The notes: generated by a model not told the origin, from the sequence alone. Numbered from the stretch's first letter, positions 11,298 through 24,815 are shown. The stretch: DNA of 64,000 nt from Octopus bimaculoides (GCF_001194135.2 NC_068998.1:14959758-15023757), one strand, 5' to 3'. Made by a program: numbers and translations.

Positions 11298-11521
11298 TGG
11301 GTTCGCTTTCAAATTTTGTGCCATACAGGCAGCAATTTCGAAGTTAGGGCTAAGTCGATTACGTTGACCTTCATTGCTCAACTTTCAGTGCTCAACTGGT
11401 ACTTAGAAAGGATAAAAGGCAAAGATCGACCTCGATGGAATTTGAACTCATAACGTAAAGACGGACGAAATGACGCTAAGCATTTTGTCCGGCGTGCTAA
11501 TAATTCTGCCAACTCCCCGCC
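11298..11521 (-). mobile_element. SINE family B
   Basis: Reverse complement core aaaggcaaag..cgacctcgatggaatttgaactc...gctaagcatttt...ctgccaactccccgcc. Confidence 0.85.
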
Positions 11522-11526
11522 TTTGC

Positions 11527-11543
11527 TGGTAGTAGTAGTAGTG

Positions 11544-11598
<55 letters not shown>

Positions 11599-11605
11599 CA
11601 GCAGC

Positions 11606-11652
<47 letters not shown>

Positions 11653-11700
11653 GAAGGAAGGAAGGAAGGAAGGAAGGAAGGAAGGAAGGAAGGAAGGGCG
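11527..11700. repeat. Compound (AGT)n-(GGAA)n microsatellite
   Basis: Direct reading. Confidence 0.95.
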
Positions 11701-12562
11701 AGGAGTAGGAGAAGGAAGAAGGACGAGGAGGGGGTCGAGGTGGAGGACGAGGAGGGACACGACGGGGAGGAAAAAGAAGTATTGTGTTTAATATACTCAC
11801 AAGACCTGAGACACCACAGAAGAAATATACAAAAAAGAGGTGTCTAAATCGAATCATGTTATCAGCAATGTTAGTTTCTTCGCAGATGGCGCCATTGACC
11901 CAGCAAAATTTCCATATCTTTGCGACTGACGTAAATTTCTAAGAAAATATAACGAATTATTACACTACGACTTTTTTTTTTTTCTTTTGAATCGTCAACA
12001 TCCTTATTAAGTTATCTTCATTTCTTTCCATTTTGATGATAGTATGTGGTATTGAAATGCTGACAATGAATGAAGCTGTTGACGATGACAATGATGTTGA
12101 TGTGAAGGAGAAGGAGGAGGAGGATAAAGTTGATGATGAATATTATGGTGAGGAGGAGGTGGAGGTCAATGAAAATGGTGAGGATGAGGAGAAGGAAGAG
12201 GTGGATTTCTTTTATTGCGACTAGAGCAAAATCATGTAAGGAAAATATAAAAGAAAATACGTTCGTACGGTGTTCCATGAGTATACTCTTCCATACATAG
12301 TTATATATAAATGTGAGAGGAGCAAAGACAGTTTGTAATATATTAAGGCAGATTAATTTGTTTTAATTACATATAATAATAAAATGAATAGTTAAGAAAA
12401 TTAGGAATAAATAAAAGTAGATACTGATAAAGACATCCCATGTACCTATAAATGTAAGAGGACGCAGCATGGGGTCTCATCAGGGCATCCGAAGATCATA
12501 ACAATTCATCACTTCATTATACAGTACATCCATTTACTGAAGGGGGGGCAACATACATACAT

Positions 12563-12608
<46 letters not shown>

Positions 12609-13084
12609 GCAAATAAACATACATTAATGAATAGAAAGAAATAAGAGCCCACCACTTATCAACCGGATGAGAGACCACCATTTAATTTGGATTAGAACTC
12701 TCCTCTCTTGTCGCTCTACAAATCTTCTATAAAATACATTTTTTTAATTCAACAATTGTCTAAAACCTGTAAATTCTTCAACGTTCCAAGGAGGAGAATT
12801 GAAGCATTTGTAGCTTTCAGTCAAGTTTTCTCCCACCGTAAATACATGATGGGCTCTTTTTCTATTCCCCCTATTTCTGGTTGGGCGTATTTACTTATGA
12901 CTGTACATTCTGATTTCACTCACATTGCATAGATAATATTAAGTACAACCCAGTACTGGGATCGTCCTTTTAATGGCCGCTTTTGAGCTTCAGTTAAGAA
13001 AATTACAATCTGAAAGCATCGGAGATATAGTGGGACAGTCCGAAAGTTTTGTAAATGGACAATTGCACATATCTAAATTTGATA

Positions 13085-13294
13085 TTGGCTTCAAATTTTA
13101 GAGCAAGGCCAGCTAGTTCGGAAGAGGGATGAGTCAATTACATCGACCCTGCTCTCAACTGATACTTATTTTATCACCCCGAAAGGATGAAAAACAAAAT
13201 AAACCTCGACGAAATTTGAACTCCGTAAAGACGGGCGAAATGCCGCGAAGTATTTTGCCCAGTGTTATTATCAATTTTGCCAGCTCGCCGCCTT
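13085..13294 (-). mobile_element. SINE family B
   Basis: ccgaaaggatgaaa...cctcgacgaaatttgaactc...gccagctcgccgcc. Confidence 0.85.
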
Positions 13295-14914
13295 ATGTCG
13301 AAATTTGATATTAATAGCCTGACAAGAATCTTAAGAGTATGGCACAATCATTTACTCATACCAGGTATAATGCTGCAGCATGAAAAAACTATGAACAGGG
13401 CTAACCTCCATGGAATACATTAGTTCAGTCTTGTTGTATGCAAGTTTCTAATATTTTTATAGACATATTTTGTGGTTTCGCGATACATCAGCCTAAGTGA
13501 TATAGAATTTAAGAATTTATTGGCCAACAATCACAATACCAATATTCATTGTCACAGTTTTCTACACACGGATACACACACACACACATATATATATATG
13601 TATATGCTTGGATCCCATTAATAATTCAGCTATTCGTTTTCAACACTGAAAAATATTTTGAAGAAAGAGAATTGCAGTTAAGATAACAGTATATACTTAA
13701 AAACACACACCTGTGTCAGCTTTCAACAATCACAAAAGAAAAACCATCGAGATTTTTTTCACTAAAGTGATGATATATGTTAGATCTCTTTAGTGTAGAT
13801 TCTTCCATTACAGAGTACTTGATCTCTGCAGATACCAAAAGGTTCTCTCTCTCTTCTTCTCTTTCTCCCTTTTCTCACTCTATCTCTCTTCCCCTCTTTC
13901 TCGCTCTTTCTCGTTCGGTCTCTCTCACTATCCACCTACAAACTACGTTGACTTTCAAGATTCGAGAATTCCTATGCCTTAAGCTCTTTTGTATATCTTT
14001 CATACAAATCTGAACGTGAATTATTTCTTCGCTGTCTTCGTTTTCACAGTGTAGAATATTAAATAATTGTGACAAATGTGAGGAGTACAATATATTCTGA
14101 TCTAATTCTATCATTCTCTCAGAATATCTCTTCATTACCGATCGCTTCCTGATCTTTCCAAGGCTAATACTGAAGGCATTTTTTTTTATTCCTTTTACCC
14201 TGATATCTCAGCATTCGTTTATCGCACCATCAAACTCACATTAATCTCAGTATTAGCGATTCACTTGTATTAAAATAACTGCCAGTTTTTCCGTATCTCA
14301 TTCCATTGATCCCTCTTTCTAAATCGGATTTCTCTTGTGCCTCTTTCCTATGTTTCGCAACTACTCTATCCTTTCTGTTTAAATATGTTGTTAAGAATAG
14401 TATATGAATTTATTAAGATTATTTATTATCCATCTTCTCGAGTTGTTCCTATTTCGTTTTCCAATACCAATATATTTGATACAAAACCTCTCTCTGCCAC
14501 TTTCCATTTGTTAACACTGTCCTTCTTTCAAATACCATTCCTCTCTGCACTATTTCTGTCGCTGTAGTCATTCATCTTCTCCTTCCCCTCCTCTTACAGC
14601 TTCATCATCTTCTTTTCTTTTCTTCTCTTTCTTCTCTTCCATGTTATGAAGATAATCATGAGGATTTTGATAATCTATCACTTCTCTCTCATGATCATAT
14701 TCACCATCCTCATCCTTACCATCGTCGTCGTCGTCATCATCATCATCATCATCATCATCAACATTCTCATCATTCTCATCATAAATATCATCACATTGTC
14801 TCTATTCTGTTCTCCTTTTGCGTTTTCTTCTTAGTATGAAGGCGAGAAGAGTAAAGTATTAGAAGAATCGACATACCGTCGGACACAATTCCTTATAGAA
14901 TTAATTCACATACC

Positions 14915-15005
14915 TTTACGTTCAGAGTTCACAACTCGCTAATTCTAATTTACACTTTTATCTTTCAGAGGTCGATAAAAAAGAGTACCATTCAAGTATC
15001 GACCG
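14915..15005 (+). mobile_element. SINE family B fragment
   Basis: tttacgttcagagttcac...tctttcagaggtcgataaaaaagagtacc. Confidence 0.6.
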
Positions 15006-15046
15006 GACTAATAAACTGCTTTCTTTCTGACTTTTTTCATATTTAT

Positions 15047-15440
15047 AGGCACATGAGTGGTTGTCTTGTAAGTAGCTTGCTTACCAATCACATGGTTCCG
15101 GGTTCATTCCCACTGATTGGCACCTTGGGCAAGTGCCTTCAACTATAGCCTCGGGTCGACCAAAGTCTTGTGAGTGGATTTGATAGCCCGTCGTATATAT
15201 GTATATGTATATGTATGTGTGTGTATATGTTTGTGTGTCTCTGTTTGTCCCCCCAACATCGCTTGACAACCGACGGTGGTGTGTTTGTGTCCTCGTAACT
15301 TAGCGGTTCGGCAAAAGAGACTGATAGAATAAGTACTAGGCTTACGAAGAATAAGTCCTGGGATCGAGTTGCTCGACTAAACGTGGTGCTCCAGCATGGC
15401 CGCAGTCAAATGACTGAAACAAGTAAAAGAGTAAAAGAGT
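15047..15440 (+). mobile_element. SINE family A, full length with internal microsatellite
   Basis: Family A head, internal (TATG)-type tract, and 3' end catggccgcagtcaaatgactgaaacaagtaaaagagtaaaagag; homologous to 59575-60000. Confidence 0.9.
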
Positions 15441-15446
15441 ATAATA

Positions 15447-15858
15447 GTCCTTTCTACTGAAGACACAGGGCTTGCAATTTCAGGGGAGGGGGCCAGTCGA
15501 TTACATTTGCTCCTAGTACTGAACTGGTATATATTTCATCGACACCGAAAGGATACAAAGCAGGGTCAATCTCGGCGGAATTTGAAGTTAGAACATAAAG
15601 ACGGACAAAATGCCGTCAGGCGTGTTAGCGATTCTGCAGCTCAGTAATAATTTTCTAATTTATGCACAGAGCCAGCAGTTTTAGGCGGAGGTGGTTAATC
15701 GCTTACAGTGGCCTCAATATTTGAGTGCTATTTTATTTTATCGACCTCGATAAGATGGAAGGCAAAGTCAACCTCAGAGGTTTTGGGGTAGAGGTCATAA
15801 GGAGCCGAAAGAAATACTGCTAAGCATTTTGTTCATTTCGCTCACGATTCTGTCACCT
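15447..15858 (-). mobile_element. Two tandem SINE family B copies (15447-15643, 15650-15858)
   Basis: Two successive reverse-complement cores (ggcggaatttgaag; ggcaaagtcaacctc...gctaagcatttt). Confidence 0.8.
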
Positions 15859-15937
15859 CAATATTTGACCTTGTGTCTATGTTAGACCAGGACAAAATCC
15901 AGTGCAACATTTAATGATGGGCCTTGAAGGTCTAATT

Positions 15938-16030
15938 CAGGGGTTCTCAACCATTTTTTACTTATGAATTCCCTTTCATTCCTGTTTTATTTGGGTGGTC
16001 CCTCATAACAATTCGATGTTTAAAAAATCC
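15938..16030. mobile_element. hAT-type terminal fragment
   Basis: caggggttctcaacc TIR is like the 7484 element; no matching right end found. Confidence 0.45.
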
Positions 16031-16269
16031 TATTATACTTTTATAATAGGATTATGAGGATGTTATGAGGTATTTTATAACAAACATGTTAAAATAGCTT
16101 GTGTATTGTAAAAGTAAAAACAGTTTATTACACATAAATATTAACACTAAATTCTTGTATGGGCTCGACGTTAAAGAAAAAAAAAATAGGTGTTGAAAGT
16201 GTTGTGTTATAAGATCGGACACGATATCAGGTAGTTCCAAAACTCATGTCCTTAACTATGCAGCTACAT

Positions 16270-16900
16270 TTTAAAGAACTCACTATTACAGAGTTGGTAG
16301 AATTCTTTGCCTTTATCGTATGGGAATGAAATGGAGAGAATCAATCAATCTAAATTAAATTGTTTATTACGATCTTTTAGATACCAAATCAATTTACTAA
16401 GCCCTGTATTGTTGCGTTTATTACTATCCTTAAATGTAGAGTAATGATTAGAAGTTCTTTTAGATAACTGAGAAGAAGAACTACCTATATAAAAAAAAGA
16501 CATCAGTACCGAAAGTAATTTAACACTGGTATATAGAGTTTTTAGTCTTAGAATTACTAGACATAAACTTAATTCTGTTGGAATTGACTTCAAAGACAAA
16601 AACCTTGTTGTTAATATTACTAGCTAAATTGATGTTAGTATTTTCAGTAATTGGATTCTTATTTAACAGACTAATATTATGTGAAGAGATAATTTGTGAA
16701 AGATTTTTTATGTTAGTAAAACTGATCCTAAACGTGTGCGAGTTGATAATCGAGTAATACCTAGAATTCTTTGGAAAGTTCCTAATAATAGCTTCACGAA
16801 ACTGGAAAGGAAGATTAGATTTCATTTGCTTCACATCAGGAATAATCGACCATATAGTTTTGCTAGTAGTTGCCTTATTGTTAGTGTAACTATCTTTAAA
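16270..16900 (-). mobile_element. Penelope-like retroelement remnant 1 (linker plus GIY-YIG endonuclease)
   Basis: KTIWSIIPDVKQMKSNLPFQFREAIIRNFPKNSRYYSIINSHTFRISFTNIKNLSQIISSHN...FYIGSSSSQLSKRTSNHYSTFKDSNKRNNTGLSKLIWYLKDRN...PYDKGKEFYQLCNSEFF. This matches the PLE pattern WFNPP..FP..SHN..YIG..R..H..LSK.IW.LK..C.LC..E. Frameshifted. Confidence 0.85.
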
Positions 16901-16944
16901 AGACTTCGATTTACCTTTAGAATGAAAAAAGGGTCTTAAATAAC

Positions 16945-17335
16945 TGTTTTCTCACTTACGCTGTGAAAAACCGATCGGCCAGCCTGTGACCCGTCTGACC
17001 AACGTGGAGTTTATTACAGAGATTACATCTAATGCAATAGATAAGGCTTGAAGAGGTGCAGGAGAAGAAGTTTCTAATGTGGTGAGTGTGTTGGTTGGAT
17101 ACAGTGATGGAGGTGCTGTTGGTGATGAAAGGGCAGGTGTGACAGCGGGATCTAGAGCAAGGAAAGGATCCGGGTGGGGTTGGGGGAAGAGGAGAAGGTG
17201 CTACGGACCAGTAGATCGCGTAGGTTACGGGCGCGTTTAAAGGAGGACAGTGGTGGGTTGAGAAAAATAGGGTGGGTGGTGGTATCTAGCTGGAGACGAC
17301 AGAAGGCCCGAAGGATCCTCCGACAAAGGGGTAGG
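16945..17335 (-). mobile_element. Penelope-like retroelement remnant 2 (Cys-rich linker plus N-half of GIY-YIG), Neptune-like
   Basis: PPLSSFKRARNLRDLLVRS / (frameshift) PGSFPCSRSRCHTCPFITNSTSITVSNQHTHHIRNFFSCTSSSLIYCIRCNLCNKLHVGQTGHRLADRF, truncated before the conserved His. Confidence 0.88.
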
Positions 17336-17466
17336 GATATTTGTATTGATATATATGCATGTGTGTATGCATGCGTGTGTGTGCATGTGAATGTATGTGT
17401 ATGTATGTTTGTGTGCATGTATACATGTATATATATATGTGTGTGTGTATGTGTGTGTGTGTATGC

Positions 17467-17504
<38 letters not shown>

Positions 17505-19199
17505 ATATACGCGGTTGTGCGTATGTGTGTTTGTGAAAACACTCACAGTAAGAAGGAGAGAGGGAACGAGAAAGAGATGCGTGTGAACGTCGATACGCAT
17601 GTCTAGGCATTCGAGTATAGAAGCGACGAATAGACTGAATTATTAGAGCAACTGAGAGATTGCTTTGCATCATTCGTTCCCTCGCTCTAGTCTCTGAGAT
17701 CAAATAACATCGAGGTAAACCTTACCACTGATTTTGCCGGTGGCTCACTTAACATTCCATCAGGAAGTGTGAGTTCAAGCTCTTGACTAATGCCATTCGT
17801 TTATACATGCACGGACATATTTATTTTGTGCTTGTACGCGTATGTCTGCATATGACGAGTGCCCGCGCAGTTTCCCTGTGCTATACTGTATTAGCCGACT
17901 CCAGGTTGGCGTAGAATACAACAGTCTTTGAAGACGCGTATCGGGATTGAATCGAGAAATAATTGCATACCGCCTGCGTTAGTAGCTTCTCTCCAGACAT
18001 GTTTGCTATTATATTTATGAATTAGAGAATACTATAGTTATTATCACTATTGAATTTTCTGCAGAATGCTATATGTTGTAGTATTTTCTATTTGACTAGT
18101 CTACTGTATTTATTTCCTTCAATTTAAGATAAAGCATGACTGTTTAAGAAGTTTGTTTGGCAACCACGACGTGACACATTGCACAAACATTTCTTTACAG
18201 TAGCCTTGTGCTGGTCAATACATTGTAAGAGGAAATGCTGCTAGCAGTGGTGGTGGTGTGTGGTGGTGATGTTGCTGCTGCTTCTAGCGGCGTCACAGGA
18301 CTCTCATACAAGTCGCTGAAGGTGTGGATAAAGAAAATACTAATGTAGCAAACGAAAGCCTAAATAATAGCATTAATATCATCAATTAACATCAAACTCT
18401 CTCAAAAATATAGACAATAATGAAACACTAAGAACAAAATCGATAATAGAAATGTAAAAATCTGTGATAACGGTTGCAATAACAGCATCGGCAGAGACAG
18501 CAATGACGGAGGTGATACCGGGAGAGAAAATGTCACGAAGAAATATACAGAAACAACAGTTCTGGGATGGATGATAACGAAAGATCATGAATACACTTAG
18601 TAGTCAAAATCATGACCACAAATATTGGCAAGCTGGAACCATAAGTCATCAAAGATCTATGAATTTTATTTACCAATGATAAAGAGTTACATGTTGATGC
18701 CTCGGTCAAATGACAAACCCAAACTCACATCACATATAATGGAACAGTGCTGGCTGTGTCTACCAACTGGGCTGTGCGTAGTTTCTCAACATCGTAAAAA
18801 TGACAACTATATCTCCATTGAAGAATTTATTCTGTTGTTCTATTTAGCAACACCATTTGGCGCTTGAGTTGCAAGCATTCGGTTCTACTACGTTTTCATA
18901 ATAACTTCTTCCTACTATTCCTGTACACCTTAAATGAAGCCGATACTGACATAAAAGTCCCGACTATACTTCCATTCGAGGATTTAATGTATTACACAGT
19001 TTAACAACACTATCTGCTACTTGGATTTATTTTGAGAATTCAACTTCTTCCTAGTTTAACAGGACACTCTGGATGAAGCCATAAGTACTTTTCTCTGACT
19101 GAATTATAAAAGACAATCTTACCATTTTGAAAATAAAGACTAATAAAAATGATCTAATAAAAATGATGGGATAATAATGTTTGGATCACAATTGATTCT

Positions 19200-19417
19200 A
19201 GGCGATATGGCAGCATTATTACCGCCACGAACAAAATGTTTTGCGATATTTCTTCCGACTCTTAACTTTCTAAGTTCAAATGCCTCCGAAGGAGACTTTG
19301 CATTTCACCCTCTATGGTTTCAAAGAATAAGTACCTGCCAAATAGTGAATCGATTAAATCGACTAGCTCTTCTCACGCACAATTCCAGGTCTTGTGCCTA
19401 TATTACAAAAGGATTTT
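19200..19417 (+). mobile_element. SINE family B, diverged
   Basis: aagttcaaatgcctccgaaggagactttgcatttcaccc...ggtcttgtgcctat..aaaaggatt. Confidence 0.75.
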
Positions 19418-21439
19418 AAATGACTTTAAGCCTTCTTTTTCAAAGTAGAGGAAAGACGCTCTTTTGACTTTGTGAGCGTAACTTTTGTTTTGGAGTAATG
19501 GACGAAGAAAACTTACAATGCAATACAGTGGCAGAAAGGTTCACGTAGGTTTGGCTGTGTAGCTAAGTAGTTTGCTTCGCTTCCAGCTGGATCAAAATTC
19601 GATCATTCTTAATCGTGATACCTCGGGGAGGTGACTTCATGCTAGTCAATGTCTTAGATCACGTAATTTGCTTGAAGGTAAGTGGTCGGAAGCCTTCCCT
19701 ACCAATGCGAAAGTGTATCGTTCGTCAAAAGATGTAAACACGAGCGAGAAAACTAGTAAAATCAGTGTTCATTGAACAACGTATTCACAAAATTTGTTCT
19801 GCATCAAGTCACAGACACACCTTTGCCATTCTTACTCTCGACGTCATAAATGGTCGCATAACCGATGATTGACTGAGTGGCAACGACGTTATAGTTAACT
19901 AATTATGATATCAAATAAAAATAAATGAACAAGTACCTCTGCGTAGAAGTAAATGATAAATGAAGATCCGTACAGAATTCTAGTATCAACAGAGGTAAAT
20001 GCCTGGCTTGTGAAAACCGACGTAAACATTTGCAGGAAGCTGTTAAACTGTCTATGATCGATCTGTTTTACTCATGAGCAACATGGACATAATGACAACG
20101 AAGATGTAAACGTTTCGCTGTTATTGTTACTGCACAAACTATTAGCGGGAGGAGGCATGGGCGTGAAAGTGGATGAATGTCATAATGGCGGTGACAGTGA
20201 ATAAACGAGGGCCTCACCTTTCATCTAATCACGCCAACCAAGCCAAAACGGAATAGCACGAGTCTACACCAGCACAAAATCCAATACTTCATTTATGAAC
20301 CACGTGAAGTGAAGAAGTGAAGACGGTGATATCTTCACTGATGTTGTAGTAGCGTCATTCTGAAACGCTGTATATGTCTCGTTGTATTTAGGCGCTCTAC
20401 TATTAATGTGGATGGTCTATGGTGAGCTGGAGCCTGAATCAGCAACAAATCATTAGGGTACTTGCCTTTATCATACGTTTGTGTCGTTATATGAATTGCA
20501 AATCCGATCTGTTTCTTTAACTAAAAATATATTTCTATTTTCTTTAGCAATTTCCCTTTCTCTATGTCTACTGAGCACAAGTTTCCAAACCGATCTTAAT
20601 GCCAGTTTCCCTATATCATGGCTCCGTTTCATTAGTTATTTATTTACTGAATACAGCTAGAATAAATTGACCCCATATACAGGGTGTAGCTGAATACTGT
20701 CACGTAACACATAACCATCATTCACATGACTTGGCAGGAAATACCATACTTTCGCTGATTAGTTTAGGTGCTTGCGTATTCGCCAGTAAGCATAGACACA
20801 CTCTCGACTCTGTTGCTATTAACTTGGCACATCCAGGATTATACAGTTGAAAGAGGAAAGAGTTGCGTTGTCACTCGTTAGTGCAAATGTTCAACAGAGT
20901 AGACAGAAACGGTATGAAATGACCCACCTTGTTAAAGGGCATAACGCGCCGATGAGTTCAAGAATCGAACCCTCGGACTTATGTGTTGTTTAACGATATT
21001 AATACTAGGCATAAAAAGAGCGGAAAAGGGGGCTCATTTTGAATGTTTCATATTATAGGTATTGTATTTCTTTATAGAATTCCTTCTTCTATGATGTCAA
21101 TAAATTGTTTTTCCTTTAACTTGTTTGATGCGGATGCTTATTATGTCTCTCACTTCCTTGTTTATGGCTAAAATTTCCAGAATACTGAAGATGGGTGCGA
21201 AAACAGTCAAAAGCATTTTTCGTAATCAATCTATGTTATGTACAGAACCTTCTTTATCTACAGCATTCAGTTTTATCGTTATAGATAAAATATGATACAT
21301 CCATATTAGTTTTCACAGTATTCTTTCTGATGGATTTTTTTTTATTAAGATAAGTATATAAAGCATTGCAGAAATATTACTAAGTCGTTTTTATATAGGA
21401 AGGAAGTTTATGGATCACTAGGTTTAGAGTTTGGGCGAT

Positions 21440-22570
21440 TTATTATTATTATAATTATTTTCATATATACACAACAGATGAGACTGTTTGAAAAGAAAAG
21501 AATCCTAACATCGAACTACAAGTAGATTTAGATGCCAAGAACCCTCCTATCAGGCTACAACAAGTAACTTTAAATATCAAGAACCCTCCTAAATATCCTA
21601 GCTGTCCCTAAAAACACTGTTTTCTGCAACTGTACCAAACTGGGTTTTATGCCTATTTCCTCTATCCATCTGTTCAGATCTTTAGGGATAGCTCTCAAAG
21701 CACTTTCCAAAGTCTCTGTAATTCAATAGCTAGGTCCTGGTACTTTGCTATTTTTTCTATACCGTTCATATTAATATTTTCCTTATGTGGGACTGTAACG
21801 TCAATTTATCTGGCACTTTCTCTCTTTATCTACTACTACCAAATCAGGCCTTTAGCTTCTATTACTCTGTCAGTCTGAATGTTAAAGTCCCACATCTTGT
21901 ATCTCTTACTTTCTAGTGCGTTAATAGGTTCATGTTCATACCATTTATCAGTATGCTCAAATCCTAGCTTTCTACATGGCTTCCAGTGGATTGCTCTCCC
22001 TAGATTGTCATGTCTTTTCTTGTATTATTTCTGTGCCAGCATGCTACATTCACTTACTATATAAGTTACGCTTTTCTCTTTTGATTTGCATAATTTACAT
22101 TGGGAATCTACTTGGTTTTTGTCTATATTTGCTTTTATCCAATTAGTCCTTAATGCTTGATCTTGTGCAGTTACTAAGAAACTTTCTGTCTTCCTTTTCA
22201 GCTTTCTTTTCTGCAACCATAACCACGTCTCACTATTACTCTTTGTTGCAACTATTTTGGGGAATCTACCACGTAACGCCTTCTCCTCCCAGTTAGATAA
22301 TTTCTTTCTTTTTCTGGCTTTTAACATCGTTTGGACTTTTGGTTTCCCTATGTCTTTCTGTGACCCTAGCAGCTTTCAATATACTTTCTTCACTATTACC
22401 TAGATAGAAGTCTATATATACTCTAACTCCAAGTAGTCTTCTATTTCTTTCTAGGTATGGATAATCTTGCTACTCCTGCCCTTGGATGGAGTTCTCCATT
22501 CATATTGAATTCCTTCCTAGTTCTTCTGTCAAGCTTTGCTAATTCAATTTTTGTCCAATCTACAAAAGCT
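21440..22570 (-). mobile_element. R4/Dong-like RLE non-LTR retrotransposon, 3' remnant
   Basis: WTKIELAKLDRRTRK..LHPRAGVARLSIPRK; TESFLVTAQDQALRTN..CKLCKSKEKSVTYIVSEC (decayed CCHC); RHDNLGRAIHW; WDFNIQTDRVIEAKRPDLVVVDK (PD-(D/E)xK endonuclease). In-frame stops, short (TAA)-like tail, and it runs into a gap. Confidence 0.92.
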
Positions 22571-23308
22571 NNNNNNNNNNNNNNNNNNNNNNNNNNNNNN
22601 NNNNNNNNNNNNNNNNNNNNNNNNNNNNNNNNNNNNNNNNNNNNNNNNNNNNNNNNNNNNNNNNNNNNNNNNNNNNNNNNNNNNNNNNNNNNNNNNNNNN
22701 NNNNNNNNNNNNNNNNNNNNNNNNNNNNNNNNNNNNNNNNNNNNNNNNNNNNNNNNNNNNNNNNNNNNNNNNNNNNNNNNNNNNNNNNNNNNNNNNNNNN
22801 NNNNNNNNNNNNNNNNNNNNNNNNNNNNNNNNNNNNNNNNNNNNNNNNNNNNNNNNNNNNNNNNNNNNNNNNNNNNNNNNNNNNNNNNNNNNNNNNNNNN
22901 NNNNNNNNNNNNNNNNNNNNNNNNNNNNNNNNNNNNNNNNNNNNNNNNNNNNNNNNNNNNNNNNNNNNNNNNNNNNNNNNNNNNNNNNNNNNNNNNNNNN
23001 NNNNNNNNNNNNNNNNNNNNNNNNNNNNNNNNNNNNNNNNNNNNNNNNNNNNNNNNNNNNNNNNNNNNNNNNNNNNNNNNNNNNNNNNNNNNNNNNNNNN
23101 NNNNNNNNNNNNNNNNNNNNNNNNNNNNNNNNNNNNNNNNNNNNNNNNNNNNNNNNNNNNNNNNNNNNNNNNNNNNNNNNNNNNNNNNNNNNNNNNNNNN
23201 NNNNNNNNNNNNNNNNNNNNNNNNNNNNNNNNNNNNNNNNNNNNNNNNNNCAAGTATTAATTGACCATTTTCTTTCCTTCAAAAGTCGGCACGAACTTTC
23301 CGGACAAC

Positions 23309-23345
<37 letters not shown>

Positions 23346-23371
23346 AAAAAATGTGTCGTAAATAAACATCT

Positions 23372-23736
23372 TTGGCACTCCGTCGCTTACGACGTCGAAT
23401 GTTCCAGTTGACCCGATCAACAGAACAGCCTGCTCGTGAAATTAACGTGCAAGTGGCTGACCACTCCACAGACACGTATATCCTTAACGTAGTTCTCGGG
23501 GATATTCAGCGTGACACAGCGTGACAAGGCTGGCCCTTTGAATTACAGGCACAACAGAAACAGGAAGTAAGAGTGAGGGAAAGTTGCAGTAGAGTTCGCC
23601 ACCATCCCCTGCCGGAGCCTCGTGGAGATTTAGGTGTTTTCGCTCAATAAACACTCACAACGCCCGGTCTGGGAATCGAAACCGCGATCTTATGACCGCG
23701 TATCCGCTGCCCTAACCAATGGGCCATTGCGCCTCC
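23372..23736 (-). mobile_element. SINE family C, near full length
   Basis: Minus-strand tRNA-like head (ggaggcgcaatggcccattggttaggg, ggtttcgattccc) and conserved tail aattaacgtgcaagtggctg...gtgacaaggctggccc. Confidence 0.88.
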
Positions 23737-24257
23737 GCCGTAAATCAACATGAACATATACTAAATACACAGACGAACGGAAAACACATTGAAAATACAT
23801 TCACATTCAGATACGTTGTTGTTTGTGTATACATATGTACTCACAGTAAATTAATAACGTGGACCATCTTGCACATTGAAAATTCTTTGTTCAATCTAAA
23901 TACTTGACATATCACACACGCCTTTTTCTAAGTTTATGAGATCTAAGCACATGTAAATTACTACAATAACAACTGCTTCGAGGGCTAACAATATTCTGTG
24001 ATTAATATATCTGTCTTTTCGCTATTATTATGTGGTCATTCAAATTTTAGATTGTCAATTTAATACTATGAGAAGGAATATGTTTATAATAACACTGATT
24101 TCTACGGCCCACGCAAATTTATGAATGAATTTTGTGGAGAATGTGTCTCATTAAATCGTTCTAGTAATGTTCATCATCACCTTCATCATCATCTTCATCA
24201 CCATCATCATTTTTGTTGTTGTTGTTGTTGTTGTTGTTATTTTTATTATTATTATGG

Positions 24258-24477
24258 AAAGCGGTAAGCTGATAGAATCGTTATCACGTCGGACGAAATG
24301 CTTAGCAGTATTTCATCTGTCTTCACATTCTGAGATCAAATGCCGCCAATGTCGACTTTGTCTTTCGTCCCTCCAGATCGATAAAATAAGTACCAGTTGA
24401 GCACTAGGATCAATGTAATCGACTTACTCCCCACCAAACAAAAAATTTCAGGACTTGTGCCTTTAATAGAAAGGATG

Positions 24478-24482
<5 letters not shown>
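24258..24482 (+). mobile_element. SINE family B between (GTT)/(ATT) tracts
   Basis: Full core, ending aatagaaaggatgatt followed by (ATT)n. Confidence 0.85.
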
Positions 24483-24518
<36 letters not shown>

Positions 24519-24542
24519 CCTCATTATTATTATCAGCAGCAG

Positions 24543-24580
<38 letters not shown>

Positions 24581-24684
24581 TTGAAGTTTATGATCGGTAC
24601 TTAGATCTTTCCCAGATAAATATATAAACTATTTTTTTTATGCACGCTAAGCGTTTCTCTTTCCGAATAAATATTTCTGGAGCA

Positions 24685-24815
24685 TGGCGGCAAACTGGCA
24701 GAATCGTCAGCGCGCTATGTGAAATGCTTAGCGCTATTTCGTCTTTCTTCAGACGACACTGGAAGTCGATGTAATCGACTAGTCCTCTCCCTCAAAAATG
24801 GCTGCCCTTGTGGTA
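24685..24815 (+). mobile_element. SINE family B with central deletion
   Basis: Head ggcggcaaactggcagaatcgtcagc joined directly to cactggaagtcgatgtaatcgact. Confidence 0.75.

Noticed and set aside
11875-11935. Possible 45-nt exon ttcttcgcag|ATGGCG...GAC|gtaaat
   Set aside because: Weak donor, no homology recognised and no linked exons.
12708-12932. Minus-strand LRR-like phrase LLLGTLKNLQVLDN
   Set aside because: Multiple stops and too short to assign.
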